A stretch of 61,648 nucleotides of DNA, counting the filler, from Hausera hauseri (Eukaryota): assembly GCA_046269625.1 (NCBI GenBank). It is 11 parts of 11 records of this genome, joined end to end, with 100 filler letters (N's around TTAATTAATTAA, not from the genome) between each part and the next. Parts side by side here need not be neighbours in the genome. Positions count along the whole stretch, not along the records: positions 56,994 to 61,648 come from JBJURY010487909.1; 10 more parts are not named here. The stretch is one strand, 5' to 3'. The position numbers were made by a program, and so were the translations under genes. Below, piece after piece: positions 59,901-61,648 of the stretch (positions are counted from its first letter, which is position 1; each line of letters starts with the position of its first letter). The notes beneath the pieces are model-generated. The model saw only the letters and a program-made list of their open reading frames with translations, did no database searches and was not told the DNA's origin.

Positions 59901-61648
59901 CTCCATTTCATTCACAAATACGTACCTCATTGTTCTGAACTCACAGTACCTTTGCACATTTATCATCCGAAAAAGAGGCAGTTGATTCACTGGACTCCTG
60001 ATTTAGTCACTAAGTTTGATCACTTACGCGATGGCCTACAAAACCGTCGAAATACTGGCTTATCCAAAGCCCAACGCAGATCTTATACTTACCACCGATG
60101 CCGATCACAATCACCGGTGCAGAACTACACCAAATTTCTAACGGGGTTGATGAACCATTAGAATTTTTCTCTAGGAAGCTTACAAAACCCGAAAGCCGTT
60201 AATCAATATTTGACCGTGACTTACCCGCCATAGGTCTGGCAGTAAAACATTTTAAACACCTACTTCTCTCTCGTCCATTTGTGATTCAAACTGATCACAA
60301 GCCTCTTCTGCACATTATGTCGTTAAAAGAGCCATCACCGAGGCAAGAGAGACATATATTATACCTGTCTACGTTCAGCTTTGTTTTGGAATACATCTCA
60401 TGCACAGTTAATTTGGTAGAAGATTTTCTATCGAGGTTTATTGGCGCCATCACAGTTGAGCCGATTTTCTTATCCGAAATGTTAAAGGCAAATCTACCGC
60501 CTGCTGACCTCCTTAATTCCTTCATATCTTTCGAGATCATCGATAACATTGCTTATGATACGTTGAACATGGGTCATAAAAAGATCATTTTAGCACCACC
60601 TTTACAAAAGCCAGCTTTTGTTCATACGCATTCACTCCATCATCCAGGTTCGAAAGCTACCTTTCGACTGTTTTAAAAACATGTAGTTTGGCCATCAATG
60701 CGCAAAGATGTACAGGGCTGGGTTAAGGAATGCGTAGCCTGTCAAAAATACAAAAACAACAAACACCTTAAACTTCCGCTTTACCATTTCCCCTGTACGT
60801 CACGTTTTGATAAAGTTCATCTTGATTTCGTTGGTCCTTTACTTTCAGATAACGGATATCAACATATACTTACCATGATTAATTGTGCTTCTCGTTGCCC
60901 TGAAACCGATACTCTTCGTTCAACGAACACTGATTTAGCAGCTGACGCCATTATAAAAATCCGGATCAGTCGTTTTGGTTCCCTACGTTACATAATAACG
61001 GATCAAGGTCCACAATTTGAGTCGGAACTTTTAAATCTCTTGTCAAACGCTTGGGAATATCCCATTTTCATACTACACCATATCATCCTCAAGCAAATGG
61101 CCTTCTTGAAAGATTCCATCAAACAATGAAAGTTTCCGTAAAAGTTTTGTCTAACGCTCATCGTAATTGGACGTCCATTCTACCATTTATTCTTCTAGGG
61201 TGGCGCAACACACCTGCGACAACAACCGGTTGTGCTCCAGCCGAGGCACTCTTTGGGACTCCAATTCGGGCCTTATTTGAACTTTCTGATCTCGGCGACA
61301 ACCTCACAGACGAAAACATTAGCGCAGCACAATTTCACTTCATCGAGGTCACCTTAGATTCATTCTGTCATCTCTTTAACAACAACAAATCCTATATTCC
61401 GAAGGATTTATACTCCGCAAAGTTTGTCTGGATGAAGGATCAATCGCCTTCTGGTTTTAAACCTCAATATCTTGGCCCATACAAACTGCTGAATCTTTCA
61501 TCTCATACAGCAACCATCTTACGCCAAGATAAACCTTACAACATTCATATTTCGAACTTGAAACCCGCTTTCTTCATTGACGACATTCCAGATGTTAATT
61601 CTATCTCCAACTAAAACTAAGTTCGCACTCCTACCGATTTTCTAAATA
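56994..61648 (+). mobile_element. Ty3/Gypsy clade A copy 6 (UBL-gag, PR, RT, RH, IN)
   Basis: HFRIHGG; FLIDSGA; YIDD; TDHKPL; TDQGPQFES; YHPQANGLLERFH. Confidence 0.92.

Overview
AT-rich eukaryotic DNA made of 11 short contigs joined by ten artificial 100-nt spacers (N-runs around TTAATTAATTAA), so adjacency across spacers carries no meaning. The source is probably a flatworm or similar invertebrate. This is inferred from a GST resembling schistosome 28-kDa sigma GSTs, ~46-bp introns and a DEG/ENaC channel. The window is mostly decayed transposons and pseudogenes: six degenerate copies of one Ty3/Gypsy clade, parts of a second Gypsy clade flanked by unexplained ORFs, three contigs of Polinton/Maverick (adintovirus-like) elements, a piggyBac fragment, a Penelope-type minimal hammerhead ribozyme, and broken host genes (GST, copper amine oxidase, F-box/LRR, INTS14, DEG/ENaC, XPO1, AGL). 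The strongest unexplained signal is in the main Gypsy clade. In all four copies that keep their 5' end, Gag is preceded by a ~75-aa ubiquitin-like domain ending in di-Gly (HFRIRGG, HFRIHGG, NFKILGG, PRYFGG). The same clade has a conserved -1 frameshift signal with a covarying hairpin, a doubled Gag zinc finger, a splice-acceptor-like site before the PPT, and LTR-like modules that share termini but have unrelated coding-like interiors. All identifications come from motif recognition by eye; no database searches were run.
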